A DNA stretch of 64,000 nucleotides from Lama glama (GCA_028534125.1 CM052816.1:22632001-22696000); one strand, 5' to 3'. Counted from the stretch's first letter, positions 50,761 to 64,000 are shown. Made by a program: numbers and translations. Notes: generated from the letters alone by a model not told the origin.

Positions 50761-52983
50761 GTACAACTACCCTAAATCAAAACTGTAAGGTCTGGTTTCA
50801 GAAAGCAGTCCCCACTTGACAGAGATGAAAGGGAAGTCTTGTCCTCAGAGAACACTGGTGACAGTGCAAGATAATCACTATGCCATTAGGAAGGTAGAGA
50901 TAATGCAGAATTATCTGAAAATACACTCTAAGTTCCAAAAAAGACAGAGGGAGATTGGGAAGAATGGAAGTTGGAAAGTGATTTGATCAAAGACATGCAG
51001 AGGTGTACAGAGATGAAGGTTTGTCCGGGTACTGATAAATATAACCTTAGATGTTTGGCTATTTGCCAATGGTTCTCCAAGGGATAGTTTAGTACAGGAA
51101 CCCTCTATGGGAGGGTTCAAGTAGAGACTATGGAAAATTACCCGGATAAAATGGATGCCTGAAGTAGTCACAGGGAGAAAAATAAACCAATGTCCAAAGC
51201 GTAAGCACAGTATGAATTACAAAAATATTTGGGATCGCAAATGGTAGTTTGCCCTCCAGAGAATGTCTGTATTCGTAAAATCTTTCATTTTTTTAGTAAT
51301 ACTTTCCCCCTTCTTTAATTCTCTTTCTGTATTTTTATATGCATCATCCCACTTGGTAGTATATTAGTCTTGTGGAGAACACATAGAAATCAATGCATTT
51401 TGTTAGAGAGGATGTCCAGGACTTGAAACAGATCCACTAGAAATCCCAAGGCTTATACACATATTGAGAAGAACTGATCAAGGAGAAATTGTTCTCCCTG
51501 TGCTTTCATTCATTCTTTCTTTTTTTTCCTTAAAAGCACGAGTTTATGAAAAGTCCTAAAAACCAAGTGTGAAAACTCATGCCTGGGTTAGGAAGCAGTA
51601 AATCTTTTTAGCTGTATGTGGAGGCACACTAGGAGAAATTGCCCCTAATAAATCAGGGATTGCTTTTTACAGTTATATGTACTTGTGCAATAATTTGTTG
51701 TAGAATTTAGGGTCCATAACTCTAAATCAGAATGCTATCTGTTTTACAGGAACACTTTTATCCCTCAGAAACAAATTCAGAATTTGTAAACACTAAGTAG
51801 GAATGTGTATACTCACCTGGAATATTAGAAACTTGGAAAGTACTAGTTTAATCTTATAAATTATTACTATTATGAAGTTATTAGGTAGAGTAATGAATAA
51901 AGTGTATGCATCAGTTCACTTTTTTAAAGATTCCAGTTAAATGAACTGAAGAATATTTACTGAATCCTACTAACACTGCGCAGTGAAAATACACTGCTTT
52001 ATGGTGGTTTCTATTCTCCATACAATTTTACTATATTATTAAGTAATGCAAAATAGTAATCAAATGCCTGTTAACCCTGCACTGTCTTAGGTACTGAGAT
52101 CTAGCAGTGTCTGCCTTCATATGCTCAAACTCTTAAGGGGAGAAAAAAAAATCCAGCTTAATAGTTATTGAGTCTTCATGCCAGGCAATGAATTATCTCA
52201 TTCAGTCTTCACTCTATGAGGTAAATATTATTACACCATTCCTGTTATTTTACAGATAAAGCTGAAATATTATGATGGAGTCTAACAGACTTTTAGAATG
52301 TATGCTTGTGCTTAATTTTATGAAAGTCAAGTAGATACATGAAGCCTCTAAGGGATTCCCCACTTACCCAACACAAAGCAGTTGTAGAATAAATGTAACT
52401 GCAATTCTAAGAAGTGCATCAGTTGTTCCCTCAATTTTTACTGAAGCAAGCGTGATGATCACCAATCAGTATCAGTAAAAGGTATGGGAAGAAATATTCT
52501 GAGTGGTTTCATAATTAAATACAGCATCTAAATCAACACTGTGAATATTTCCTTCAAAAATTGTCTTTGCCCTATCCTGAAGCACTCTAGATTTAAATTA
52601 TATATTTAAAATAAATGATCTTCTATGCTTATCATTTAGCAAGCTATTTCCCATTCTCAAGAACATTTTTCTCATTTAGAGGAATTGAAACAGTTACCCC
52701 AAAGTGAGAAAGCTATCTCTATCCAGTTTTATATGATGTAGAATCAAGTCACATCAAGCAGTTTAACATTTGGCTTCTCAAGTGTCTACCACTGTGGTAA
52801 ATACATCCTTTAGTTATCAAGATATTCAAGAAGACTTAAAAAAAACTATTTTTCCTATTGATATATAATTTTTTTGGACAGTTCATTAACAATCAACAAA
52901 CAGAAATAAGTATACTATTTTATTAACTTTCTTTAATAAGCCTTTCTAAAATTTATACATTAAAAAAGCTATGGTGTTTTAGA

Positions 52984-52987
<4 letters not shown>

Positions 52988-53015
<28 letters not shown>

Positions 53016-53017
53016 TA
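52988..53017. repeat. (TAA)n microsatellite
   Basis: Read directly. Confidence 0.92.
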
Positions 53018-53764
53018 CCTGTCTGATTGTTTATATAGAGAAAAAATATAATGTACCAATTTCAGCTGTTTTTTACCCCATATATTTTAAATATATTTAA
53101 GGTAAGATTCCTAAAGATCACAAAATATTTCCTTAAATTTCTAGTGTTGGAAAGTGTTAAAACCATAAACTTTCTATTTGAGATAAAAGAGTGGATTTAA
53201 ATTGTTCCATCACAATTAGAATCTTTAAAGTATTTCAAAAAGTTCTACCATGTTCTGAAAATCATTGTAAAGAAACTATCCTATGGATATGGATGTGAAA
53301 TATCTATTTCTCAAAATTACACCAAAATATGACTTTAATTATACTTAGAAAGTTAAAATACAGATGCCTCTTGAAGTTTTAAACTCATGGCTTAAGTTAA
53401 TCAACTATTTTCTGGATTACTTAACTTAAGCATTAGTCTTAATTAAAAAACCCATATACCACTGAAATTTCAATAATGTTATAAATAATGAGGTAAATTT
53501 ATTTTAAGAATTTTTCCTTTATATCGATACACTGAACTTTTAGACAGGGAATGTTATAATATTTTTTTCCCTATGGAAAGTGAAATAAATCTTAAATTTA
53601 GAATACTAATAGAAATGCAAATTTCAGAAAAAGAAACTTATTATTAATTTAAAAAGCAAAAATTAAAAACTGCTTTGAGTTAGTTTTCTAATTTCCAAAG
53701 AACAGCATTTCACATTTTTGGAAAGCAATATGGTAATATTCCAGGTACAGAGGGCCTCTAGGAT

Positions 53765-53910
53765 CCAGGTGGAGAGTGTAGCTCAGTGGTAGAGTGTGTG
53801 CTTAGCATGCATGAGGTCCTGGATTCAATCCTCAGTACTGTCATTAAAAAATTAATAATAAATAAACAAACAAACCTAATTACCTCTCCTTCCCCCCCAA
53901 AAAACCCCAA
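53765..53910 (+). mobile_element. tRNA-Ala-derived camelid SINE (Vic-1 type)
   Basis: gtgtagctcagtggtagagtgtgtgcttagcatgcatgaggtcctggattcaatcctcagtac with tail aaacctaattacctc. 18-bp TSD ACAGAGGGCCTCTAGGAT (53747-53764) / ACAGAAGGCCTCTAGGAT (53911-53928). Confidence 0.95.
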
Positions 53911-56900
53911 ACAGAAGGCCTCTAGGATTAAAAAAAATAATCATATTCAAAAATACATAGACATTGCTAATCATGATTTGATTCACAATGTATGCTCTGT
54001 TGGCTATTTGTTAAAAACATTATGGTATGGCTCAGTGTTCCAGTCTGCTCACACCTCAAAAATCCACTAACAGATGTTTCATACTGAATGCTAAATCAGC
54101 ATCTTAGTAGTTTCTAGGTAATGTTAATGCCTGGAAGCAACGCCCTGGGAAAGAGGAACATTTGCTCATAAAATTTTAAAAAGCAGATTCAAGTCTATGC
54201 AGTTTAGTCATGGCTTCCTTAGTTTACTACCAGGGCACATGTGTACCATTTTGAATTGGTTGTGTGCAAAGTTAAAGTTAGATAACCACCTTATAAACCT
54301 ATCTCTTAAAATCTCCCTTCTCTTTTGGGATCCACTAGAAAGTCTCCAGAAAGCAGGTTAAGAAAGCTGTGTACAGGGCCAGGAAGGTACTAGGAATCTG
54401 TCCCTTAAGAATTAGTTTGAGTGATGTTTCTACTTCAGGGTTCTCAGAGACATATAATCATACTTTTCTATATCTTTCTATTATATAATTGTTTTTTTCT
54501 GATTATACCAGAAATACAAGCTACAAATAGAAAATTTGGAAATTACAAAAAATAAAAATACTTCATATGGTAATATAATCAAACATGTTAATTAAAGGAA
54601 ACTTAATGTAATTAATACAACATAGCTCACTGTCCATTAATACAGAGACAGCATGAAATTTTTTAAATTTAAGATTCGTGTTTAAAGCTCACTACTTTGT
54701 AGCTATAGCATTTTTCTTAGTGATGACAAGAGTATTCTTCATGTTTTTCTAGATATAACCTCAAGTGAACAGGAAAGGTTGGCAGGGCAACAGAGAAGAC
54801 CACTCCCATGGAAAACATGCTACCCAACATGAAACTAGTTACAGACAGGTCACAAAACCAAAAGGAAAATTCCATGTTCCCTTCCCAGTCTGTGAATGCA
54901 TCCCAGCTAAACTGGAAACATGTACTTTCTCCAGATGGTTTTGGATTTCCTCATTCTTCCTCTAGTAAGAAGACCTGAATTAAATCCCATGGGCAATTCT
55001 TTTACAATCCCTTTAGTCCATATACATTCTTTCATACTTATGGAGGAACACCAAGTACTCTGATTTTGTTACTGTGCAACGCCTTACATGACTCTCCAAG
55101 ATTTGGCAAGAAATTTGATATTATAGGAAAGTTATAGAAAGAGTAAAGAGGAAGTTAAAGGATTATTTTCAAATACAGTGATACTTTAAAGAATGAATTT
55201 TCTGGGGTTACAGTTTCCTTTGAATGATGAGATTCAGTGTTAAAAAACAAAACCAGTAAATCAAGTGAAGCCGACTAGTCCAAATACGTGACCGTGGTCA
55301 TTTCTTTCTGCTTTGGCTCAACTAAAAGTAAATTGGGAATAGCCTTGGAAAAGAAATTAAGTTGAAATATCTATCTTCTTGATACCACCCTCCCTCCCTT
55401 CTTTAGGATTTTCACCATCATCTTATTCTCCTCACTCTACCACCATGAATAGAGACCAAATCTGATAAACCCACTTACGCTTATTCATTTAGCTACCAAT
55501 TATACTTCAGTGTGATTTCCCCCACTTTATATACTAAATTAACCTAGAATTCACATATTAGGTCTTTTAACCCTACTTGTAGAATGGAACTCTTTCCCAG
55601 TCTAACAGTTCTTAATTAGCAAATAGGAAGCTATTTGAGAGAGTTAAAGGATAGCAGTTCTAAAATCATGCTCATACATGCTTTCCTAAAGATAAAAAAA
55701 CAATATGTTTTTTCAGGGTGGCTCCATTTTCTGCACAACTTAGAGGCCCAGTCATAAGCTATGGTGCTAGAAGGCTGTTTTGGGGAATTGCCAGTGGCAG
55801 AGTAAGCATGACCATCCACCGTGGGTTTCTGTGAAGATTTGGATCTTCTACCTTTGTGATGCCTCCTCTAAGATACCCCCCATCCCTTTGGATCTCCAGG
55901 CATCCCAAAGCCTGGCATGTGGAAGGTTCCTAGTAACTCTTCTGAACCTCCTCCTGCTTCAGACACTCTCAGATATGTATTTGATACCTCTCAAGATATT
56001 TGTGTTTAAAGACATATTTACTTTAAGCCGTTGCCCCCATGCCTAAGCCTCTTTGTCTGTCTAACTGAAAGTATCCCCATGAATCCAGTGTAGGTATTCC
56101 TACAGCACTTGGGTTGTAATGCATCTCTCTCTTCTGTTCTCTGTTGTTAAACAGGCAATGGGGTGTGGTGTTTAAGGTTACAGACTTTGGAGTCAGGCGA
56201 CGCTTACAGTAAACATCCAATAAACGGTAGCAAACTGTGTAGTGCTTTTACAATTTTTAGCTTACACTGCACTTTGTACATGGAGAGAATATGTACTTTA
56301 TTCACTGTGTCAATAAATATACTGGTCATTTCTCCTAAGCTACTACCTTCTTGTTAGTGAGGACCAAATCACAATCTAAAACTAGTCCAAGCTTACTGTG
56401 ATCTAGTAAATTTAAAGGATGCTTTAGATAGCAGTGCTTCAACTCTTTCAGATAAAAATTCTTGGATCCTCTGGGAATCCCTTCATCATCCTGATAGGAT
56501 GGTTTCACAGAGGTAGAGAAGAACCTAGGTCTTGGTTATGACACCCTCAGCATTCTCTGGTTTTCTGGATGAGGGTCCACTTGGATATTCTTGTCCTGCT
56601 GGACAGTCATCAGTTAATCCTCATCTGGGCTCCCTGATTTTAGTCAGGGGAGTCATGACCCATCAATCACACTTTCAGTTCCCACTGGAGCTAAGAGCAG
56701 TTCTGAAGTCTGGCTGAAACTTTAAATGGCCCCAAAGTGGCCTGTCCTGTCACCTTCACTGCACCTTCCCCCAATACAAAAACACTGGTAAGTGCTTCAG
56801 CCGGACCTTCAGCTGTGTCTATGTCACATGGGAAACAAGTGTGATGGGACATCCCCTAGTTCTGCCTGACCTCTGTTTTGATAAGTTGACGTGACTGTGC

Positions 56901-57689
56901 CCTAGGTTGGGAAAGCAGTAGTCTATGACAGGACTTTTGTTTCTGTGGCAGTAAAAATGGGGTGTGTGTGTGTACTAAAGAGTTAAAAACTCCCCGACTC
57001 TTTCAGTTACCCTCACTTATCTAACATATGTATCCCTTTCTGTGCTGAAATCTGGATTACAGGAATTCGAGTCATTAGTCTATGTTCTCTCTCCCTTTGT
57101 TTTTCCATACCATGACTGAAAGAGTGGTCTTCTCCCCTTTTTTCTTCTTTGCTTGACTACCATATTTCTTTTGAAGTATCAAAGCAAGAAATCAAGGATT
57201 TTTTAAACAACTATTCCACAATAAACTAGCTTATCTGCAAAATCCGGTTTTTTAATGTTGGAACCCAAATTATACCCTAGGCTTGCACTTTGCACTCTTT
57301 CTCTAATAGGTACAAATCTCCATCCAGATGGATGGATGTTTCTTGTGTTTATGTGCTCCTAAAGGCAAAAGAAAAAGCATATCGATAATTTTCAAAACAC
57401 TATTCCCTTTTCAGCTATGATTCTAATCTTCAGAGCATACTCTTTTATTACTGTTCTGGGTTTCCTTTTCAGTAGATGAAATAGAACACCTTCACCTTTA
57501 GCAGTAAAATGATGTAGAAACAATGAGAGTTATTTTTAGGAAAAGCACTTGGTTAGAGAATTGTAGGCTAGATATATATTCTTCAGGTTACCATTGGTCT
57601 AAAATTCTGTTGCTATGATTTCAATAATCAGAACTCTGTATCTCATTCCTGTTCCCATGGATTCAACTGTGTGCAACAATGCTCCCTTT

Positions 57690-58512
57690 TCAACTGCTTC
57701 CATTCCTGCACCATAAAATCTATTTTCCCCACAGCAGCTAAAATGACCCTTCTAAACTGTAAGTTGGATTATGCCCACTCTGCTTAAAACTCTCAAATGG
57801 CTCACTGCCTCACTTGTAATAAAGCCAAATATTTTACCATGGCTAACTGGGCTCTGTAGGTGTTTTGATGCAAAATTCTGGTGCATGCCCACCTCTCTAA
57901 TTTATTTCCACTCACCCTCTCTCAGTCCCTAAGCATCAGCCTCAATGACCTCCATGCTGGTTCCCCAGAATGTCAAACAAAGTCAAGTTCTTTTGGATTA
58001 TGACATATAGAAAGAAATATAATTGACTTCATGAGTCGATATACACAAATATGTACACACATGAAGGAAATATGGAAAACTATGTGTACTTTCTGCAACA
58101 AACTCTGACATCTTTGCAAACTGACTTTACTCTATCTATGCTATGTTTAAAAAACGTTGCTCTTGATGTAGTAAGTTTATCATATCATCCACAGTTTTGG
58201 TAGCAACTCATATTTCAAAAACAAAATCTTAATGAAGACGTCCCTCACAAGTCTAACAGAGCAGCTCCCTCTAGTCTCTATTTTCCTCCTCTGTTTAATT
58301 TTTTTCCACAGTATTTATCAATCTAACATATTATACACATCTGTTTATTGGCTTAATTTGTGTTCCTCACCTGCCCTACCCTAGCATTAACCAGGAAATA
58401 AGCTCCATGTAGTTAGAGGCTTTGAATATTTTGTTCAATGATGCATCCACAGTGTCTAAAACAGTGTTTGGATTATAGAGGGTGCAAAATAAATATTTAT
58501 TTTTGAAATAAT
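57690..58512 (+). mobile_element. L2 3' region, interrupted at about 57985-58230 by an unassigned (possibly hAT) fragment
   Basis: ccacagcagctaaaatgacccttctaaactgtaagttggattatg...ctctgcttaaaactctcaaatggctc and L2 terminus tgtctaaaacagtgtttggattatagagggtgcaaaataaatattt. Confidence 0.8.
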
Positions 58513-58529
58513 GAGTCACATACAACTCA

Positions 58530-58775
58530 CACAATAGTCAAGAGCTTACAGTCTGGAGACAAAATGCCTAAAATGAAATCTCAACTCTGCAACTTCCCAA
58601 GTGTTTCATCTTAAACGAGTTGCATAACTTTCCATACTTCAGTTTACCCATTATAGAAATAATAGGCCATTTCTCATATTATTGTGTGATTAAGGCTATT
58701 AATTAATTTGTGTAAAACACTCAGAACAGAGTCTGGCATACAATGAGTGGTAAATAAATATTTGCTACTATTATT
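58530..58775 (+). mobile_element. MIR SINE
   Basis: gtcaagagcttacagtctggagac...cttcagtttacccatt...tgtaaaacactcagaacagagtctggcatac...taaatatttgctactatt. Confidence 0.8.
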
Positions 58776-59834
58776 TCTATTATTTATAAAATGAGATTAA
58801 GACAGAAAGCTATAGATCTGGAAGTCACTTTAGACAGACCATTTTCAATCACCTTAATTAACAGCATAATATCTAAGTAATTGACAAGTGTAAAAATTCT
58901 GTGGGGTTTTGATAAAAGATGCACCTGACACAGATATGCCTAATAACTGACACAAGTAATTCATAAAGTGATAGGTAAGTAAAAATCAATAAGCTCTTTT
59001 AGTCTTTTTCATCACACACACACACAAACTACAGATTAAAAACAAAGTTGTTCAGAAGAGAGAGAGGCCCACAGCCTCTCAGGAGCTCCCTGTGGGAAAC
59101 ACAACTGCCCCTGTTTTCTCAGCGTTCTAGTAAAAAGCTCCGCCCCGGCCCTCCGAGACTCTTCAGGTACCATGAGAATTAGATCTGCAGCTATTTGTGT
59201 TGTAAATTGCTGTCACTCTTGTATTTAAAAGAACAACCTTGACAAGAGGTTCTTAGGTTAAACCCTCAACATGCCAGGAAGACTGAAACTATCTTTCTAG
59301 GTGTTCTCATTTCAATAAGGAATGAGGCCCAGGAATCTGGAGACAGCCTCTGGCTGCTAGAAACATTTTATTTACATAGCAAAGGGTTAGAGTAAGAAGA
59401 GACCCTTTCAGGAAATGAGTGAACATCTGTATCCTACCACTTCATAAGCGTAGAAAATTAATTTTTCTTCCTTCCTTGCCTGTGGATGAGTCTATCCACT
59501 TGTGTAAGACAACTGACTCAGCTCTCATCTTGTCACTCTAGGGATAGGGATTAGGGCAATGAGGGAATGGCACTTATTATTTATTGTGAGGTATTTAATA
59601 AGAAATCTGTCTTTGATCCAGAATACCTCATATATGTATGTATTCATGTATGTATTCAGGACAAAATGAATAAATATAAAATACTAAACACTCAACAGTA
59701 TCCAAAAAATTTCTCTTAATGAAGGAAGGAGCTAGGTCCCCCTTTAAAGTAAATTTAGATTTGACTTTCTTTAACAACAACAAAAAATAATTGTAAATAC
59801 CCAATAATTCCACTTTCCAATTACCAGGAGTTCT

Positions 59835-60270
59835 AACCATAGTGGTTAAAGTTGAAGACAAAGGCATTAGACTTGGGTTCAGTTACTCAATGAGCCTCTG
59901 TATCTTGCTGTAGTATGGGAAGATTAACAGTACATATCTAATCTAATTATCAGAATATTATATCAGATACCCAGCTACGTAATTGAGCCTGGAAGCAGAT
60001 CCTCCAGACTTCAAATGACTGCAACCATGACTGGGTGCTTTATTCCAACCATAAGTGAGAACCTGAGCCAGAACCACCCAGCTAAATGGCTCCCTGATCG
60101 TCAGAAACTATAGTTATAAGATAATAAACATTCATTGTTTTAAGCTGCTAAAATCTGGTGTAACTTGTTACACAGTAATCAATCAAGTAACACAGAAACG
60201 ATATGTAAAATCATTTTCATAATACCTGGCATAAATTCCAATAAGTGCTGGCCAACAGCAGCAGCAGCAG
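59835..60270 (+). mobile_element. MIR split by an MLT1 (E/F-like) LTR fragment at about 59965-60193
   Basis: MIR head catagtggttaaag...agacttgggttc, then MLT1 cctgagccagaaccacccagctaa...ttgttttaagctgctaa...taacaca, then MIR tail atgtaaaatc...cctggcataaattccaataagtgctgg. Confidence 0.75.
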
Positions 60271-61212
60271 CACCCATAGGGAGGTAATGTGATTACACAG
60301 CAGGAAGCTCATGAATGCAGAGAAAGAAGCTGTCTGTATTCCAAAACAGTCATTAGAACAACTACAGAAAAGCCGAAAACGGTCTTCATAACACAGCGAT
60401 AATTCAAACTCTATAAGCACAGAGATACTGGCGACACAGTCCCTTGTTCCAAAGGCAACAAGAGTGTACACACTCATCTGGTTCTCCCTTCTCTAGAGTG
60501 GAATACTTTTGACCAACTCATGTAATGCTAAAAACAGAGACAGAGAAAGTCCTTTCTGAGGGAAAAGAACAGGATTTCTCAGACCAAAGAGTAAAAACTG
60601 AGCTGCTTTCTTCTGTGGTAAAAGCAATAATGTGTTACATAAAGACACATATATGACATATACCAAATTTGTAGAGAATTGGTGTTCCAGTGTCATGAGT
60701 TAGTAAGTTCGAATTGCCTTTTATGTGATATGAGTTTATCCATCCATCAATATATAGAGAAATTAAGTGTGGGTGGCGGATACAGAGGACAGAGACCAAA
60801 CTGCAATTTGAAATGATAATGCACAGGCCAGTGATATAGAACTATGGCAAAGCCAAAAGGAACACCCATCAGTCATTATCTGGCTAGAACCCCAGGTCAC
60901 TAAAAGTGACTAGGACAGATGAGCATTGTTTGAATATAAGTCACTTCATTTCACAGTGGATCCTATCCCTGGGATAGATCATCAGTGTCAAGTTTACAGT
61001 TTAATAATGAATGGAATGTTTTCATGCCTGTCAGTAGGATCACGAGTAATAACCATTTTCCCCTCCGTTTACGCATTTTAGAAATCATTTAATCTACCAT
61101 GGTTATTGCCAATAGCCCAAAACAATATTCAACAAATCACAGACTTGAAATGCCTAAAGTATTACAATGTCTGACATTAATTTAGTTTTTAAAGGAATAT
61201 TTGTGATATACC

Positions 61213-61750
61213 TTTTTTATTTTTTAAAACATTTTTAATCGAGTTATAGTCATTTTACAATACTGTCTCAAATTCCAATGTAGAGCACAATTTTTCAGTT
61301 ATACACGAACATACATATATTCACTGTCTCATTTTTTTTCACTGTGAGCTACCACAAGATCTTGTATATATTTCCCTGTGCTATACAGTATAATCTTGTT
61401 TACCTATTCTGCATATCCCTGTCAGTATCTACAAATTTTGAAACCCCAGTCTGTCCCTTCCCACCCTCCACCTCCTTGGCAACCACAAGTTTGTATTCTA
61501 TGTCTATGTCTATGAGTCTGTTTCTGTTTTGTATTTATGCTCTTTTTTTTTCAGACTTAACATATGAGCGATCTCATATGGTATTTTTCTTTTTCTTTCT
61601 GGCTTACTTCACTTAGAATGACATTCTCCAGGGAAATGTCCATCAACAGATGACTGGATAAAGAAGATGTGGTATATTTATACAATGGAATACTATTCAT
61701 CCATAAAAACGACAATATAATGCCATTTGCAGCAACATGGACATCCCTGG
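61213..61750 (-). mobile_element. Young camelid-type L1 3' end with a 5' inversion (61634-61750 on +)
   Basis: Antisense 3'UTR at 61213-61633, near-identical to 5363-5750, followed by sense-strand aaatgtccatcaacagatgactggataaag...gcagcaacatggacatccctgg. Confidence 0.93.
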
Positions 61751-61894
61751 CAATCAAGACTTTCTGAAACTGGTCCTAACCTGACTTTCTTACTATCACA
61801 CCACCTTACATAACCTATGTTCAAGGTTAGTGGAAATGATGCCCTAAATCACACTGACCTACCTGAATTCATTTCAGTTCTGCAGGTTTAAAGA

Positions 61895-63505
61895 CTACCA
61901 ATATTTAAAGAATGCCACATTCTCCCTCTGAATAGCCATAAAGACTCAGTATTGCTAAATATAAATTCTTTTCCAATTTTATTCAGAAATTTAATTTAAT
62001 CACAATAAAAATCTCAGTAAGACGTTTTATAGAATTTGACAAGATAATTCTAATATTTATCTAGAAATCAAAAGGCTCTACAATTAGTTTCGGTAATTTT
62101 CAAAAGAACAAAGTTGGAAGACTATCTTTTCCTGATTTCAAGACATCTGGTAATCTAGATAGTGTGGTATTTGTGTCAAGATAGAAAATACATCAGTGGA
62201 TCTGAATAGAGTCCCCAGAAATAGACCCCCACATTGATGGACAATTGATTTTCTTAAAAGGAACGAGTGAAATCCAACAGAGAAAGGGTAGCTTTTTAAT
62301 ATATGGTGCTGGATCTGTTAGTTATTTATATGTAATGAACTTCAACCCATACCTTGTACAATAGAGGAAATATTCTCAAAAAGGATCACAAATCTAAATG
62401 TAAAACCTAGAAGAAAACAGTAAAAACATCTATATGACCTGGTTTTGGGAAAGATTTCTTAAATCTGACACCAAAAACATAATCCATAAAAGAAAAAAAT
62501 GAAAAACGGAACTGCATCAAAATTTAAAACATCTGCTTTTTGAAATAAACTGTTAAGGGGATGAAAATACAAGACTAAGGTGGGAATATCTTCAAGTCTT
62601 ATATCTTATAAAGGATTCTATCTAGAATAAAGAAAGAAGTCTCAAAATTCAACAATGAGAAAACTCATTAAAAACAATTTTAAAAGTTGAAACCCATTTT
62701 TTTCAAGCAGGCAAAATATTTAACAGTTCAACAAAGATGATAAATGAATTACAAATAAATACATGATAATATGCTCAATATCATTAATCATTAAGGAAAT
62801 ATAAATTAAGACCACAGAGAGATACCATTAAAACCTACTAAAATTAAAAAGCCTGATCATTCTGAGTTTGATGAGGATGTAAAGGAACTGACTCACACCT
62901 TCTGATTGGAATGTAAAACAGCATGATCAGTTTGGAACTAGGTTTGGCAGTTTCTTAATCAGTTAATATACAAATACCACAGGACCTAACCATTCCACTC
63001 CTAGGTTATTTCCCAAGAGAAATGAAACGTGTAGACACAAAAACTTATGTATGAATATTCTTAGCAGCTCTATTTCTTATAGCCCCAAACAGGAAACAAC
63101 TCAAATATTTCTAAAAAGGTGAATGGATAAACACACTGTGGCATGTCTGTATAACAGACTCAAAGGCACAATTGCATGCAACTTGTATGAATTTCAAAAT
63201 AATTATGCAGAATGAAAGAAGTCAGACAAAAGAAAGTACCTAATGGATGATTTATTTTATATAAAATCCTGGGAAATTCAAGCTACCTTACAGTGACAAA
63301 AAAACAGATCAGTGGTTGTCTGAGGATCAAGCCAAGGAAGAATGGATTATGGAAGGACACAAGGAAACTTCTGAGTGTGTTAGAAATGTTCATTAACTTG
63401 ATTGTACTGGTTTCACAGGTTTATGTATCTGTTTGAATTCATAGGACCGTACACTTCAAATATATGATCTATATTGTTAATCACTTATAGCTCAATAAAG
63501 TTGTA
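61895..63505 (+). mobile_element. Old L1 (L1MC/MD-like) ORF2 3' half + 3'UTR
   Basis: aaagaacaaagttggaagact, cattaatcattaaggaaatataaattaagaccacagagataccatt and 3' end cacttatagctcaataaagttg. Confidence 0.88.
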
Positions 63506-63544
63506 AAAACAAAAAACATACGTAGTGTTAGGATATGTTTTTTT

Positions 63545-64000
63545 TTTTGCTTTTACAACTAATAATCCAACTATATGCTGCTTATAGGAGACATGTATAA
63601 AACATAAAAATATGGAAAGTTTGAAGTAAGAAAGGATTAAATAAGAGATCCTGCAAACAATAACCAAAATAAAATCATGGAGCCATGTTACTATCAGGCA
63701 GACTGACTGTAAGGCACACAGTGATACCAGATAAAAACAGGTAAGCCTCAATAATAATTAAAGTTACTTCTTTAAGAAGATAAAAAAATTAAGTTTGCTT
63801 CTACTCAACTAATTAGTCTAAAATTACAGACTACAAAGAGAAATAGACCAATGAGCAATCATAGCAAGAGATCCCAATGTTTTCAGTCATTGATAGGACA
63901 AGGAAAAAATCAGTAGGGATATAGAAAATTTGAAATACGACTTTAATTACCTTGAAGACTGGTGCTCCAATCAAATTCTTCAAAAGCATGTCTTTCACAG
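63545..64000 (+). mobile_element. Old L1 ORF2 endonuclease fragment running off the window
   Basis: aatccaactatatgctgcttataggagac (CCL.ET) and aagagaaatagaccaatgagcaatcatagcaagagatcccaa. Confidence 0.7.

Noticed and set aside
32521..53910. tRNA-Ala(AGC)-like sequences at 32521, 33095 and 53765 as tRNA genes
   Set aside because: They carry a shared non-tRNA tail (aaacctaattacc), A-rich ends, TSDs and mutated stems or B-boxes, so they are SINEs.
60255..60390. CAG run and peptide RKLMNAEKEAVCIPKQSLEQLQKSRKRSS* as a terminal exon
   Set aside because: The CAG run sits at a MIR tail, the acceptor lacks a polypyrimidine tract, and two frames are equally open.
1..64000. CRISPR-like array, prokaryotic defence system or novel multi-gene system
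   Set aside because: There are no regularly spaced direct repeats and no gene-dense region; the content is ordinary eutherian interspersed repeats.

Overview
AT-rich mammalian genomic DNA, most likely camelid (alpaca/llama/camel). The basis is three tRNA-Ala-derived Vic-1-type SINEs, matching artiodactyl-type L1 3' ends, and no Alu, BovB/Bov-tA or PRE-1 SINEs that I could recognise. The window is a repeat-dense intronic or intergenic tract: L1s of several ages (mostly + strand), L2, MIR, MaLR/ERVL/ERV1 solo LTRs, two Tigger-family DNA transposons, microsatellites and two assembly gaps. There is no complete protein-coding gene, functional tRNA/rRNA gene or CRISPR array, and nearly all listed ORFs are TE remnants or chance frames. 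A few splice-bounded candidate exons exist (332-426 +, 20830-21011 +, 6952-7411 -) that I cannot assign to a gene. The best-supported observations concern TE architecture: an internally deleted L1 with both termini nested in an older L1, a twin-priming L1 inversion with no TSD, a chimeric L1 3'-end insertion under one TSD, Tigger2a and MER82 sharing a TA inside an L1ME, and an inverted SINE pair. I found no convincing evidence of a new biological system. Repeat family names come from recall, not a database search, and boundaries without a TSD are approximate.
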